A stretch of DNA of 54,008 nucleotides, counting the filler, from Sphacelaria rigidula (Eukaryota), in the NCBI GenBank assembly GCA_964200075.2. It is 5 parts of 5 records of this genome, joined end to end, with 100 filler letters (N's around TTAATTAATTAA, not from the genome) between each part and the next. Parts side by side here need not be neighbours in the genome. Positions count along the whole stretch, not along the records: positions 1 to 10,723 come from CAXNAA020006025.1; positions 10,824 to 21,545 come from CAXNAA020006026.1; 3 more parts are not named here. One strand, given 5' to 3'. This document shows positions 1-12,709 of this stretch, piece after piece (position 1 is the first letter of the stretch; the number at the start of each line of letters is the position of its first letter). The notes under the pieces were generated by a model that ran no database searches, was not told where the DNA came from, and was given only the letters and a program-made list of their open reading frames with translations. The translations under genes and the position numbers were made by a program.

Positions 1-174
1 CTAGGGACCCCAGTGCACACACTCTGTAAATGAGTGGGGGAGACGAGTAACTCAAGGTTACGGTGAGAAGAGACAACACTAGAAGCTCATGATGGCAGTC
101 GATAGAGCGCTGGCAAGGAGTGTCCCCCTCCTCGGAGTGAAAGTGAAGGGGGTTGGACCCCCACGACTAACTTT

Positions 175-262
175 TGTGACGATTTAAGAGACTACCAACT
201 AGACTACTGACTCAGCGAGCGCTGAGTCAGTAGTCTAGTTGGTAGTCTCTTAAACCGTCACA
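175..262. repeat. 88-bp near-perfect palindrome (foldback mini-element with TGT...ACA ends)
   Basis: tgtgacgatttaagagactaccaactagactactgactcagc is followed, after a few bases, by its reverse complement ending cttaaaccgtcaca. A related copy lies at 43289-43354. Confidence 0.85.
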
Positions 263-1789
263 GATTACACGAGTCGGACGCGTATGGTGTCAGGAAATAT
301 AATCGCGTCACCGTTTGAACGTCATGTGTTGGTCATAAACAATGAAGGCTGCGATTGCCAAATAATAGACAACCCAGAAAGAGGCAGAGAAACAGTAAAC
401 CTGTGAGGCAAAGATCCACCGAACCCCGAGAAATCGAAGCATTTGTTTTGTTGTTGTTGCTTAGACTACGCTCTTACTGACTGGACGCCCACGCTGTGAG
501 GAAAACTAATCGCGTTACCGCTTCAATGTGAGTGTGTCTATGTGTTGCACACATAGTTTGGTCAACGTGGAATCTTGTCCTCGTCTAGGGTGAACGGTAA
601 TGGGGAATCATTCCATGAAATTTAGATATTCTGCTATAATTCCACTATATATATATATATACATTATGGGAAGCGCGGGTGCGAGCAATATACTGTACAC
701 TCATTCCAGTATAAATCGCGTGGATGGGTATAAACGACAGGTAAAAGTGAAAATGAAAGTACTGGAGCGTCGGGTGCCCGGGAAGCAGTTGTCCTCGTGC
801 AGGATACAAAGATGAGAGAAAGCTCTCGCAGACGAGCTGAGTACATGTTTGTAAGACAGGAGCTAGGACGAGGGAATGCACAAATGTATAACGTTGACTC
901 AATTCCTTGTTATTGACATGGTATGCATGCACTCAGAGTGCACGCAATCCCGGAGGGTAACCCACGGTGAGTGACCCCTGGTGAGGTCAGCTCACTATAC
1001 TCCTCGCTGCATTGTCATCCACACAATTCTCCGACTGCAGTACCCGTAGATCATAACCTCGGAGAGATTGCCCCAGACAGCCCCCCGGGGAACGGGATAA
1101 TGATCACGAAAACTTTCACGAATTGCCAATAATAAACAACGATAAATCAAGACTCACAATCCTCCTTCGGATCAATCATGAACCTTCCAGATCTCTTCAT
1201 TCCAAACATGTTCCGGAAAATACCAAAAACATCAAAAATCGAATCAATTCAAAATCAATCAGCACCCTCGAGAAAATGTTCCATCAATTCTCACTTCATC
1301 TCAATAACTTCTTAATCCGCGCCGGATACAATATTCCCCTGGGGAAAATATTCTCAACTCGAAAACAACACTCCATCAGTAAAATAGTTATGGCGTTCAC
1401 GCACACCCTTGTGGTTATTTGCCCATTTTATGTCAGCAGTGTACCAGAATTTTCTTCCTGAGGAATGCGGTGATACATCAAGACAGAATCCGCAAACAGA
1501 TTCGTATTTCAAGTATATTGACGAATTCTAACCAGGTTTCGGAAGCACCCAAGCCTCAACGATGACCCAACAAAATATTTCAAAAACCCATCCTTCAAAT
1601 ATCACGAAAACGCAAAACAGTACATGGCGAAGTAAAAGCTCAACGTGTGGAAACGCGAAGTGAAACCTTCCCCGATGTTCACCTTCTATGTTGTTGCTTG
1701 AATATCAAGACACTCTCAAATGAATGCTCAACCGTCCTCCACCCCCCTGCTTTAACATTCTTCCAGAGTGTTTATTCAAAAACCGAAAC

Positions 1790-2400
1790 CGCCCCGCGGT
1801 TCTGCACACAAAGGGATGAACGCCAAACTCTTTTGGCCATAACATAGAAATAAACCGAATCCCCCTCGGTTATTCACACAGGGCGAATGAACGCCAAGCT
1901 CCAATTCCCTCCCCCGGTTATTCACACAGGGGGGAATGAAGCCAAAATCTTCCGGTGATAATGTGGAAGACGCCTCTTGGCAGTGACATATCAGAGACTG
2001 ATGCCACACATGTATGAAAAACCACCGCAAGCAAGGACAAGGTACGAACGGTCCGGAAGGATAAGATTACCGAGGACCCTGTAATGCCAACAAAACTAGA
2101 CAACTCGGGGTGATGCCAGGAAGAGCCTAATGTTAGGACGGTCCAACATCCCTCGAGGAACTGGTTGCCCTTGGCGACCACTTCTCGTCTGACCCCTTCT
2201 TACCTACATGTACAGGAGGAAATCATCGCCAGCCTCGGAGTTTCTTCGGCATCAGGACGGCAGTCTCCTCCGTAGATCTCTGACTCCTCTAGCAATAGGA
2301 CTTCCTAACAATAATCTCAAAATACGCCGAATTGCCAACTAAACCACCCCTTCCCGGTTATACACACAGGGGGGACTAACGCCGAACTCTTTTGGGGATA
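1790..2400. repeat. Four dispersed ~45-bp direct repeats (cccggttattcacacagggg..aatgaacgcc) around a ~300-bp segment shared with piece 3
   Basis: Copies start near 1792, 1861, 1911 and 2349. Segment ~1960-2270 matches ~23470-23790 in reverse orientation (e.g. actccgaggctggcgatgatttcctc). Confidence 0.75.
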
Positions 2401-2658
2401 ACGTCACAATACGCCGAATCCTCAAATTCGAATGCTGCTAATACTGCGTGCAAAATTATGACACTCAAGTGCCCCCCCCCGTGATCCTTCAAAGCAGTAT
2501 ACAGCAGCACCCACAATCAACGTCAGTTCATCACACAAAAGCAAAAAAATGAAGACCTCAAATCCAACCAAAACGAAAGGATTATCCAGAGTGAACTCGT
2601 CCCCAGAAAGCACGAAAAGGAAATAGGTCAAAAGTCTAACCGAAAATATATGTGAATA

Positions 2659-2860
2659 TCAATCAAGAACATTCATCACAAAGTTGCGATGCCTGAGGAG
2701 GTTGTTCTTGTGCATCGTTTTTGTGAGAAAATCAGCATGTTGCAAGGCCGATTCCACATAAACCACCCCTAAATTCCTCGTTCGCCACCCGTTTGCGAAG
2801 AGATCGGTGGCGAATGTCGATATGCTTCGAGTTTAGTATGATTCATCTCGCAGGGACGCT
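2659..2860 (-). mobile_element. Ty1/Copia RNase H C-terminal remnant
   Basis: The minus strand translates, with one frameshift, to NSKHIDIRHRSLRKRVANEEFR/VVYVESALQHADFLTK...NFVMNVLD*. This matches the KHIDIR...ADxLTK Copia RNase H signature. Confidence 0.85.
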
Positions 2861-3490
2861 AATCGAAGCCCTCTCAGTCTCACGAAGACATTGTTGACTA
2901 TGTGTTGGCTCAGTTGTCACAGTTTTTGCTCGTTCCGTCCACGGTTCGGAGCAAACTCAGAGTATTCGTCCCGTTATCTACTTTTGGTACACGCGACGGT
3001 TCGACCTTGTTTTGTACTGTACTGTAAAAAGAGCGACTTGACCTCGGCAAGCAAGTAGAACGTTTGTTCTACACAGACGGCCTCGGAGGAAATCCTCGCG
3101 GTACAGGACGACTGTCCAAGAGGGATATACCTCGTAATATACCGAGGTGATAAAGCCTCCAAAGTCCAAAGTCAGAGAAGACGGAGCCACATGCTGAACT
3201 GTGTATGGTGGGATGCGCTCCTCACGTTTCAAGATTACAACAGTAGTCTCTATAGCCGTCTTGACTAAATGCATACTACTGTTGTTACTGTACTGTCTGT
3301 ACTTGATCATCACACCGCGGGGGTAGTCCATCTCGGTCATTTATACATTTTTGATGTGCAATTGATGCCGACTCAATCCATGACCTGCTCTCGCTGCCTG
3401 CGGTTTTCTCGGTACTGTTTATGTATGCCTTGCACTGGCAATCATTTGCGCCGGGAGGTTTCAACTCCAGAATAAGACAGCACAACGTCA

Positions 3491-4100
3491 GCATTCAGCG
3501 CCGTATTGCACTCGACTTCGTTTCACGTTCCTTCTCGTGTGCGAGAAGCTGTCGGTGCACCCACCCACCGGCAATGTGTTAAAAAATAAGGCTGTGGGGC
3601 TTATTCTCGTCAACGCTTCGTATGATATTGTATTTGTAGGGAGGCATTGTATAGATCGCTGGTACTGCTCACGATAGTTTGGTCTGATACGGAGCGTAGC
3701 AGTAGTCGGGTTGCTCCCACTCTTCTCGGTTGACCGTTCGACACGGTGAGTTGTTTGGACTGCCTTGCCCGCACGCGGCATCTTGAACACTATCTTCTGC
3801 CTACACTCCAAGCAGCTTGTCTGCTTGCTTGGCTCAAGTGTCATTGCGCTAACTCTAGCTATCACGTCAAAGGGGTCCTAGCGACACCTTTTCTAGAACA
3901 ATAAGCGCCGCGAATTGTCTGTTCTTGATGTAGGTATGCACTGTACTAACTGTACTACAACATAGATTACTTGCGCGAAGCAATCATTTGCTTCGGAAAC
4001 GTTCGCGCCAGGAATCAACGACATGGCGTCGGCATTCAGCGCCGACCTGCACTACACTTCGTTTCACGTTCCTTCTCCTGTGCGAGAGGTTGTCGGTGCG
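3491..4100. repeat. Diverged ~70-bp direct repeat (3491-3560 and 4032-4100)
   Basis: Both copies read gcattcagcgccg...cttcgtttcacgttccttctc.tgtgcgaga..tgtcggtgc. Confidence 0.7.
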
Positions 4101-5081
4101 GTCACCGGTAATGGGCGCCGTAAAAGTCGCGGTAGACTTCGCCTTTACGTTCCTTGTTGTATGCGAGAATGTGTTCGTTCGTGCGTCGTCTCTCGCCCTG
4201 GAAATAAGGCCGGTACAGTCGTTGTTGGAGGTACAATATCTCGAACTCGAGGTGCCTGATATATTTCACTGTAAATTACTGTGCAAGGTACCGGGGATCT
4301 CGAGCTTGAGATTCCTCTTCAAACCTCTGCGCGAGAAAATCTAGGTAACGCCCACCTGAAACATTGCAGGACCACCGCGATCAGGCGTCCGTTCGAACGG
4401 TCGCGAACGCAGATGTACCCCCGCACAAAATGTAGCACGGGTTCAATCACTGGACCCCTAGCATTGGCAATGGCCCGAACATGCATCCCCCGGGACGGGC
4501 GCGGAGGAACTTGCACACTAAAATCAGCATAATTATCGTGGACGCCTCCCTACAAAGTATTATTCACACTCGTGAGTCCGAAATATTCTATACATACACT
4601 ATACTATGACGTATCGTGTTGTCCAGGGTGTAAAAAGCTTGAAACATAAAAGTTGTTGTACAGGGAAAGATCGTCGTTCAGTAGAACCTGTCACAAGGCG
4701 CTCCAAAACCGTATACACTCGTGGAAATCTCTGTAGGGCAGCCAACGCAGCGCCGGAGGGCAACCGTGTTGTTGTGTCCGAGATGGCGCTGACGGTGCAC
4801 CCTCGTACACTCGGCTGGTGCACACTCCCCTCAGAAAACATACATGCTTCGTGTATCGGACAAATGAGCGAGGGAAAAAAATGCTAAGATCCCTTTCCTG
4901 CCCGGGTCTATGGATGATCGTAGCCTTGAGTAACTCTTTACTGTGTATCGATTTGTTTGTCCAAAAGTGTCCTCCGTCGTGATCCCATATTTCTCTGACT
5001 TGCTTCGTGAAACAACTGATCGCCCGTATGTGTTTATACACACGTTTTCCCCATCCTCCGGTCTAAATCGTATTTCGGCAG

Positions 5082-5162
5082 GATGGAACCGGCGGTGGAA
5101 TTTACAATCGTGGTGAAATCACCGTGGAAGGCGAAGCCCTGTTTTACGAGAACGAGGCTGGG
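5082..5162 (+). CDS. Internal exon of a Pmp/adhesin-like (GGAI/FxxN parallel beta-helix repeat) protein
   Basis: cag|...|gtaaga boundaries; 81 nt, phase 0-0; encodes DGTGGGIYNRGEITVEGEALFYENEAG. Confidence 0.75.
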
Positions 5163-5422
5163 GTAAGAATGATACCGAAATGGGGGCGGGGGCGGTGGGG
5201 TATTTTTCCGCGTACTTCCTCCAACATACCATCACTCTCTTGCTACCTTATCCGCCGAGCGCTAGACTTTCCAGTGCCGGCGCCGCATGAGTGTATGGCT
5301 GGCGCAACCTACCCGTGCGGACAAAAGTGCGGGTATTTTGCTCAGGGTCTAACGCTGACTATTGTCACGGTTTGATGCTGACAGTGAAGGTCTCGGCTGT
5401 TCTCCCTTAATCATTCCCGCAG

Positions 5423-5506
5423 TATGGAGGAGGCATCTACCAAAGCAGGCCGGCGACGTGCACGTTCAACAGCATGGTCAACTTCACGAGCAATTCTGGC
5501 TACGGT
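5423..5506 (+). CDS. Internal exon of the same Pmp/adhesin-like gene
   Basis: gcag|...|gtgagt boundaries; 84 nt, phase 0-0; encodes YGGGIYQSRPATCTFNSMVNFTSNSGYG. Confidence 0.75.
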
Positions 5507-6937
5507 GTGAGTTCGATGGTGATCAGTTGTTTGTTTGCGTAGGCGCTGAACCCACGTTGCAAAGACGAAGTTCGATTCTCTAGTCGCCGCCACCGTCGTC
5601 GTCGTTGTGGGTTGATTGTTCCGATGCCGACAGTACTGTGTGAGGCGCTCGATGGCCCTCTTCTCGACCCCCTAAAACGGTCCAAATGTGACCAAATCCG
5701 AAGCCGAAAATCCAAAAAACCGCACCCTATTTTAGATGTTGACAATGCTAGAAGAAAACGAATCGTGTACTTTCACCGGCGAACACCTTATTATTTTGTT
5801 TTTTTTTACACGTCTGGAGTAGACTGTGTCATGGTCAATCTATAAGCACCTCCCCTGCCGTATGTTTGCTGGCTCTTCGCGAGTTAGAGGCTTGACTCAG
5901 GTTGTTCCTGACTAAGCAAGGCATTAAAATGCATCAAGATACCCCGACACCAAAAAGGGCACGAAAATTGGACGGATTACCTCCATCAACGGTACAATTT
6001 TGAGATGTTGAAAGAGCGTTAACGTGTAAGCATCAAATCCAGGCAGGTGTCTATGTACGCAGGACAACGAACCGCATTCGATTTTTCTTGGGGCTGTGAC
6101 AATTAGCCTTTCAGCTCCACGTTTTCGAGTGTGTGTTCAGGGGCACACTCGTTTTTTTCATTCAAATACACGTACGGGGTAGTTTTGACGGCACCCAGAC
6201 GTGCAGAAGGGCTTTGAAACAAGTAATAAAGCTGCCCGAAGACCAAAATAGACGGGCCAGCCTCACGTGGACGCTATTTTCTCGGCTCGTGAATTAATGC
6301 ATAAATGACGACAGAGACCATCCATCCACGTCGAGTATGCAGTCTGTGACAGGGGTGGTGGACACGGATGTGTCTTGATTTCGTTTGGTATTCTAGAAGT
6401 GACACTTTCTACGATAGCCCACCCCCAAAAAGTGCATGGTTTTGGGAGGCAAAATCTCCACGTAAATTGAAATNNNNNNNNNNCTAGCCAATGTCGCCAA
6501 TATGAGGCTCTTCATGCAGCCTGAACCCAAACATCAGGCTCTGTATGGCCATTCTTTTGGTGACACTTTCGAGCTGGTTTTGGGGCGGGGCTATCGTAAA
6601 AAGTGTCAAGTGGTCAGTTTCCCGTTGGCTTTCCTTCCGTCTTTTGTGATATCTGGCCACCTGCGGGCGGCCTTTGTTTTCAGGGCTTCGTCTACTGCCG
6701 ACACGTTTGCTGCGGCTAAACGGCTTGCATGTGTGGAATCGAACAAAGTTGAAATAAAAATTGGATGAGATGAAGTCGAAACGCGAAGCAAATTGACAAG
6801 CAAACGCGAAAGTCAAGCAAAACCAATCGAACCCACGACCAATCCAACTCGTGAAGCGAAGCGAAATAAAATCAAACCAAAGAGCACAACGCATTGAATC
6901 AAGCTCGGCTCTCCGTTTGACTGCTCCTTTTCGGCAG

Positions 6938-7074
6938 TTCTCCGGTGGCGCTGTGGAAAATCGGGGCGTGATGTATTTCAACGATGGTAGCCTCTTCGCT
7001 GACAACAATGTCGGCTGCAACTGCGAGAGTGCCTCGGGTGGCGCGATCTTCAACGCGAGGGGCGGGCAAATCAC
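6938..7074 (+). CDS. Internal exon of the same Pmp/adhesin-like gene
   Basis: ttttcggcag|...|gtgaga boundaries; 137 nt, phase 0-2; encodes FSGGAVENRGVMYFNDGSLFADNNVGCNCESASGGAIFNARGGQI(T), containing GGAV, FxxN and GGAI motifs. Confidence 0.8.
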
Positions 7075-7789
7075 GTGAGAGCAGTATTTACTCTGAGTCG
7101 AAACCTTTTCATGGCCATCCTTCATCAGCAACTACCCCTTCTGCGGATAAGAGCCCCATCATTGCTTTGGATTAAGTCTTCCTTGATCACAGACGCACTG
7201 GTGGCTGAAGCCACAACAGTGTGACGTCATTTTTCTTTTTCTGATACTTATTTTAGTGATTTCATTTCATGCATGATTTCCTCGCATCTTTCACGTGGAC
7301 GGTTCTCGTCCTCGTGGTGGAACACATCCTGAAGGGGTGTGAGTACAGCTAATGCACCAGTTCGTGTCATTTTTCCTCTTTTTTGTGTACTGAGATGGCG
7401 GTTTAGGTGAGGGGTGAGTTTTTTACATTGTGTTCGATCTTGGTTACCCGTCTGTGAGGTGGTGACATTGAGATCCCTCTTCCGTTCTATACACGAGGCC
7501 GGTGGAGGAGCCGGAGCCTCTGAGTCCATGGGCGGTGTTATAGCTGTGGTTGTTTCTTCACACCCTGAACAGAATATACACTGTCAAAAAGCGTCCTGTG
7601 TACAGCATCGACTATTGCGCCTATTGCAGCAGACAAAAGATTCCATACTGTACGCAGTATGTCATTTTACAGTAGAATCTATCGTCCAGAGTGTGTGTTT
7701 CTTTCTTGCGTCGATCAGACGTACTGTCAACTCTTCTGTCAACGATGCAGCGTTCGAATTTTGGTTGCGCTGCACTTGACCGTCAACCT

Positions 7790-9800
7790 CCCGCATGGAT
7801 AGAGTTTTGTCTCAAGATGAAATAGCAAGTATGCCGAAATCCGATCCCGGTTGTTCATCTCGCGGAAAGTACCGTTTCAAGCGAGCGAGGCGCATCGACG
7901 TTTTGATGGCGTCGATGCCCAGCTTGACTCGGTATACCACGAGTGATGGCTGATGTTGACTCATGTATGGCCCTGGTTACGGCAACGACAATTTGAGAGT
8001 CGGTCGGTCGGAATCTTGATATGGCCCGTTGAGTAGTGCTTTCAGACCGGGTGTAAAAAGGGGCGTCAATATTTCAGTTTCGTCATTACTCGCTTTCTTC
8101 TTGATCGCACGTCCTTTCAAGTTGCGTCTTGCGCGCACAACAACTAATCACGAGCTGTCGCTTTCCGAGTATATCCTTCGGTATCTGCTGCGTGTTTTCG
8201 TTGAGAATGCGTTAGGATCATACCATCAACCTGTAATTTTGGCTGGCGTCTGAACACTAGGAAGCACCGTCCCTGGCACGGCTTGTGGAACGAAGTGTGT
8301 TATACGCCATTCGACCCACGGGTGATATGTTCGCCTAGTCGTGGGGACTGGCGTGTGCATTGCTAACACGGCATTTGAATTTGAGTGTACCCTCTCTGAG
8401 ACTGAGTTGACGTGAGGGCAAAACAGAGTCGTGTTTCCCTCAAAAGGGAGCAGCGTCTGCAACTGGTAGCCCCTAGGAGTTTCAAAGACTTTCGCTTGAT
8501 CTGAGTGCAACTTTTATGGTACACCGAATGTTGTAAAAACTCGGTCAACCAGCATTTGCCCTCCCGGAATTGGTGATTTGTTTGGAAACGGGCGTAGGAC
8601 GATGGATAATCCATGACGGACATGACATACTTGTACGGCGCTCCAGCTGATGACTTTGATTTCTTTTTTTGCCCCAAATATTTCGATGGTCGTTGGTACG
8701 GCAGTTCTGCAGCTGTGTGGCCTGTGGGCAGCTGTGGACGATTATGAACCGTTATGCAGGGTTGGCGTGCTTGGTGTTCATTGCAGCCTTGGCCATGTCG
8801 ACTGATGTTCAGCCACCCGGATGTTGGCCTTTATTGCCGTATGTCGGTTAAAGTGCGAGTCAACCTCAGGATAATGCACGGCAGTAATGTGAGTGCGGTA
8901 CAAACCCTACTCGAGTTTCTGGTAGAACAAATTGATCACGAAATGTGCCTCGTTTCTGAGGGTATCCCGGCATGTGCGACTTCAATAAAATACAATCTGG
9001 GGCTGGATAGCATGGCATAGATTCAACGTCTCCGTTTTCAGCTGTTGGTGCATCCCCACGATTTAAATACTGGGTGTGACCCACCTTCTTCTTGCCTGCT
9101 CGGTTTCACTTGATTTCTGCCGGCAGACGCGAATATGTTTTTCGCACTTGCGTAAGCTGATTGGACGGTAGACAGCTCTGCGTCAATCTGTACTTGCTTA
9201 TAAGTTATCGACTTCATCCGCCGAAATTAGAGACGGCTATTGCGATTTTGCGGTGTGCAAAGTGCCATCCGCTGACACGCTACGATAAGTTGGGGCTAGT
9301 AGTGGCTTGACTTCGTTCTTCTGATGTCGGGAAGTGGGGTCTACTGGAACCTTGACAAGTCGGGGCGGGCAAAGGTTCCGTGTTGTTGCTCGAACTTTCA
9401 AGTGTCGTGACGGTGTGTCTGGGATGACGTGTAGTTGTAGTCTTCTCGGCTTGTGCTGCACGATACGACGACGTCGAACGATCTCAAGGCGATTGCTCAC
9501 CTCGTCAGCATGCCGTTTGTATCCTGCATCGTGTACAGACGTCTCAATGAGGCATGGCCGGTATCGCACGTAACATGTCGACCACGCAGAAAGGGGCTTT
9601 TAGGCCCAGTGTTGAATCTTGGAGCGATGATTTTTTTGCTCCCTGATTCCAACGTCCGCCGCAAACGCCCACGATAGAGCCTTCAATGGGTGAGGTTCGA
9701 CTTCCAAACGTCGGGTCGAAACGAAGGAATCCGAATATTTTGTTTTTGTTTTCGCCACGTGTCTCAGGTCCAAACATCTTGGTGAAACAGTTTTGATATC
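7790..9800 (-). mobile_element. Heavily degraded Ty3/Gypsy pol remnant (RNase H to integrase GPY/F region)
   Basis: Minus-strand fragments include RPFLRGRHVTCDTGHASLRRLYTMQDTNGMLTRWAIALRSFD (RNase H), YKYVMSVMDY, HSDQAKVFE...SVSERVHS (DDE core) and GPYQDSDRPTLKLSLP*PGPY...VVYRVKLG...RLKRY. Same family as 24519-26130 and 30121-30690. Confidence 0.8.
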
Positions 9801-10723
9801 CGTGGTCCAGGGTAGGGTGTTAACGGGTAAACATCAGGCTGAGTGTAGACTGCTCGGATATAAAATTGATTATTTGCACAGCACTGTCATTCACTCCGGG
9901 GCACTTGAACACGTGTCCGCGCGGGATCCAACATGACCCATTCCTTGGGGTACAACATGACCCGTTCCTTGGGGCACCATTCTAACTCAGACACGTAGTT
10001 CTGTTCTTGCTCAACATGACGCTTCTTCTTTCTAAGCACAAACGTAGACACATATTCCTGCCGTTGGGGCGTGTGGGATGCCGTCGCATTTCGATCCTGT
10101 ATGATCTGGTTTCGCGTCTTTTTCGTTCGTTCTAGCCTTGAACTAACGACATCCAAGAGACCAGGGCTGTTTATTCCTGTGAGATGTTCGAAAAGTAAGC
10201 ATGTTTTGCGCCTCCTGCTCGTGCAAGGGTTGAAGCTTTATTGCTTTTGGTCTTCTCGTCCGCGTTGAAGCGCTTGCTCACGTGTCTACCCAAGGCACCT
10301 GTGCGTATCTCAAGGGGTGACATATCTCGTTTAGGGGCCTCTCCCTCCCCTCTCCCCCCTACCCTCCGCGCCTGTCTTCAGAATGCCTGGGTACTTCCAG
10401 GTGAGAGTCATGCTCCACGTTTTCAGAGCTGGGGTCAAGCCTCTCAGGTGCAGGCAGTTGATGAAGCCCTAAAGTTCTGAAAAATGTATATTCCAGCGAT
10501 GATGTGCTGCATTATCGAAGTACTGTACTTCACTGTACTCTACCTGGCATAATATGGACAGAAGGCCAACAGACGAGAGCTAAAAGAACTAGGCAGGGTA
10601 GGAAGATGTACAAATAGAGAATCGATAAACAAGATATGGAAGAGAAACGGCAAGAGTTCCAAGAGGAGATGGCCTAAAATGCAGAGAAAGTTTCCGAGCT
10701 GTTGGAACTTGTAGGTACAGTGG

Positions 10724-10823
10724 NNNNNNNNNNNNNNNNNNNNNNNNNNNNNNNNNNNNNNNNNNNNTTAATTAATTAANNNNNNNNNNNNNNNNNNNNN
10801 NNNNNNNNNNNNNNNNNNNNNNN
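10724..10823. other. Artificial contig spacer (44 N + TTAATTAATTAA + 44 N)
   Basis: 100-bp spacer whose 12-mer puts stops in all six frames; repeated identically at three other sites. Confidence 0.97.
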
Positions 10824-10885
10824 CGGTTGATTCTCATTTCAAAATACGTTCTCATTTTTCTGGCAACCCTGTTTCCTGTCGGAAA

Positions 10886-12575
10886 TTGAACGATATCACG
10901 GAAGACAATGAGCGGGTCAGTGCCCAGCGGCACAATAGTCGGATGTTGGAGGTACGCGCTGCACCAGTAATATCAGAAATAATGGGTGGTTCAGCAGGTA
11001 GATCGCAGGCCACTACCGGTCAGTCGGATAATCAATCTCATTTGCTCACACAACCATGTGATTCATCCAAGGAACTGTTAGTGACCATGAGCGCCATGTC
11101 TGTTGTTGGTACTGTCCTCTCGCCCACAGACACGAAGGATCGCAAAGTAGAAAAGGGGAAGTCTAAGGAATCCTCGGGGGTAGGCGTGCCGGGGGTGATG
11201 ATACCTCACACCTCCCCTTCCGACGAGGCCCGGGCTGGCAACCCTGCAGACCCTCAGTCCTCAGACACTTCTCCTGAAATTGAAATTACGCAAGTACGCC
11301 GCAGAATAGATCCACAAGTGGTTCACGTAGCAAACCAAAATGCAACTACGAGTGTACAACCTCCTCGCATTGCAAGTAGCCACATGAATGTGTCGGCACC
11401 GAGACAAAGTGTCCCGGTACCCCCACAACTTGAGTTGGCGCCTAGGTCTGATGTTCCTGGATCGACGCTCGCCAACACGGCAACCGAAGTAGCCCGAGAA
11501 TATGCCAAGATGGACACGACCATTTTGATAGAATTACCTAAGTTGCCTCTGAGTCCCGATCACGAAGTAGCGGATTTGGTTGCTTTTAGCGCTGCTCTAC
11601 GCGACTCTATACATGACATGCGCGTGATTGTAGGTGACATTGAGCCGGTATACTGGCACCGTGGGTGGGAAAAGTGTTTGCAGAAACACTTACTGAGGGC
11701 TATCCGTTCAAACAAAAATTTCCCGTACTCCCAGGCCACGTCTGCCCTGAGGAGCCAGATTGCCGACATAATCGGTCTGGCGATTCAGATGCAAGATGCT
11801 GGATCAAATGGTCCTGAGACGTTTGATCATGTACTCCGTATGATGTGTAGGGCCCTGAGCAAGGTCACTCCGGCCGGTGTTATGGGTCTGTTAGTTAATT
11901 TCACAGTGGAACCGGAGACCACGTTCGCAACGTATTTGTCGGAATTACGGTTGCTGGTAGTCAATGTGCAGAGCGTAGGTCGTGAATTAGCCCCAGGTAA
12001 TGGCTCAATTCAGTCGGCGGTGAAGAATGGTAACGACGATCAATTTCCCAACGTCAGTGCACAAGCATTTCGGGTAGACACCATCGGCCCCTGCCTTTCG
12101 GGGATGTAGACGAAATGATGACAGCTTTGAGGGATTTTGACACAAACACCTCCCTAGCTGTAGCACCCTCTCGTTTCGGAATCGGGCGTGTAGGTGGCGT
12201 CACTATAGTCGAAAATTTGGTGGGGTAATGGCGATCACTGACATGTTTGAGGAGGAAGACATTGAAATGCAGTATGTCAACCCCATTGGTATGAAAAACA
12301 ACCATCGGTTTGGGAAAAAGGGTAGAGATCCCCCTTTTTATGAACCGTTTGACTCTCGCGAGGCCGAGGATACTGCTAGAAAAGCATTCGGACCTTTTTG
12401 TTTGAACTATTGAAGTGACGACCACCTCTTGGCGAGAGAGTGTCCACACGACTTTATGAATAAATCTGGAATCATTCACCATGAAATCGGAAATGGCACG
12501 TCACAAGAAGTGTCATCCAAATGGCGACGATGGCAGCGAAGACTGTGTGACTACCATCGTAATAGGAACAGTCAC
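10886..12575 (+). pseudogene. gag-like region with degenerate CCHC knuckle
   Basis: A 407-aa ORF with a helical gag-like C-terminal half is followed by a frameshifted segment FGPFCLNY*SDDHLLARECPH, directly upstream of pol. Confidence 0.7.
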
Positions 12576-12709
12576 TGAGGGCGCGACGGTGAAGAGTTGG
12601 CCAATTCACCGATAGCACCTCGGCCCGCTATATCAACTCGAGGACCTGACCCTCTCGCAGATAATGCAAACACAAGTAGCGGCACTGTGTCTAGTCCGCA
12701 CGGTCCAAC

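Noticed and set aside
4831..5043. SIDPGRKG as a RuvC-I motif of TnpB/Fanzor
   Set aside because: Short ORF with no downstream RuvC-II/III or zinc-finger motifs; likely chance.
6484..7131. 215-aa minus-strand ORF
   Set aside because: It spans the antisense of a Pmp-like exon and a simple A-rich repeat tract, and ends at an N gap.
10768..10779. TTAATTAATTAA recurring every ~10.82 kb as a biological periodic motif
   Set aside because: It is always centred in 88 N bases; an assembly linker.
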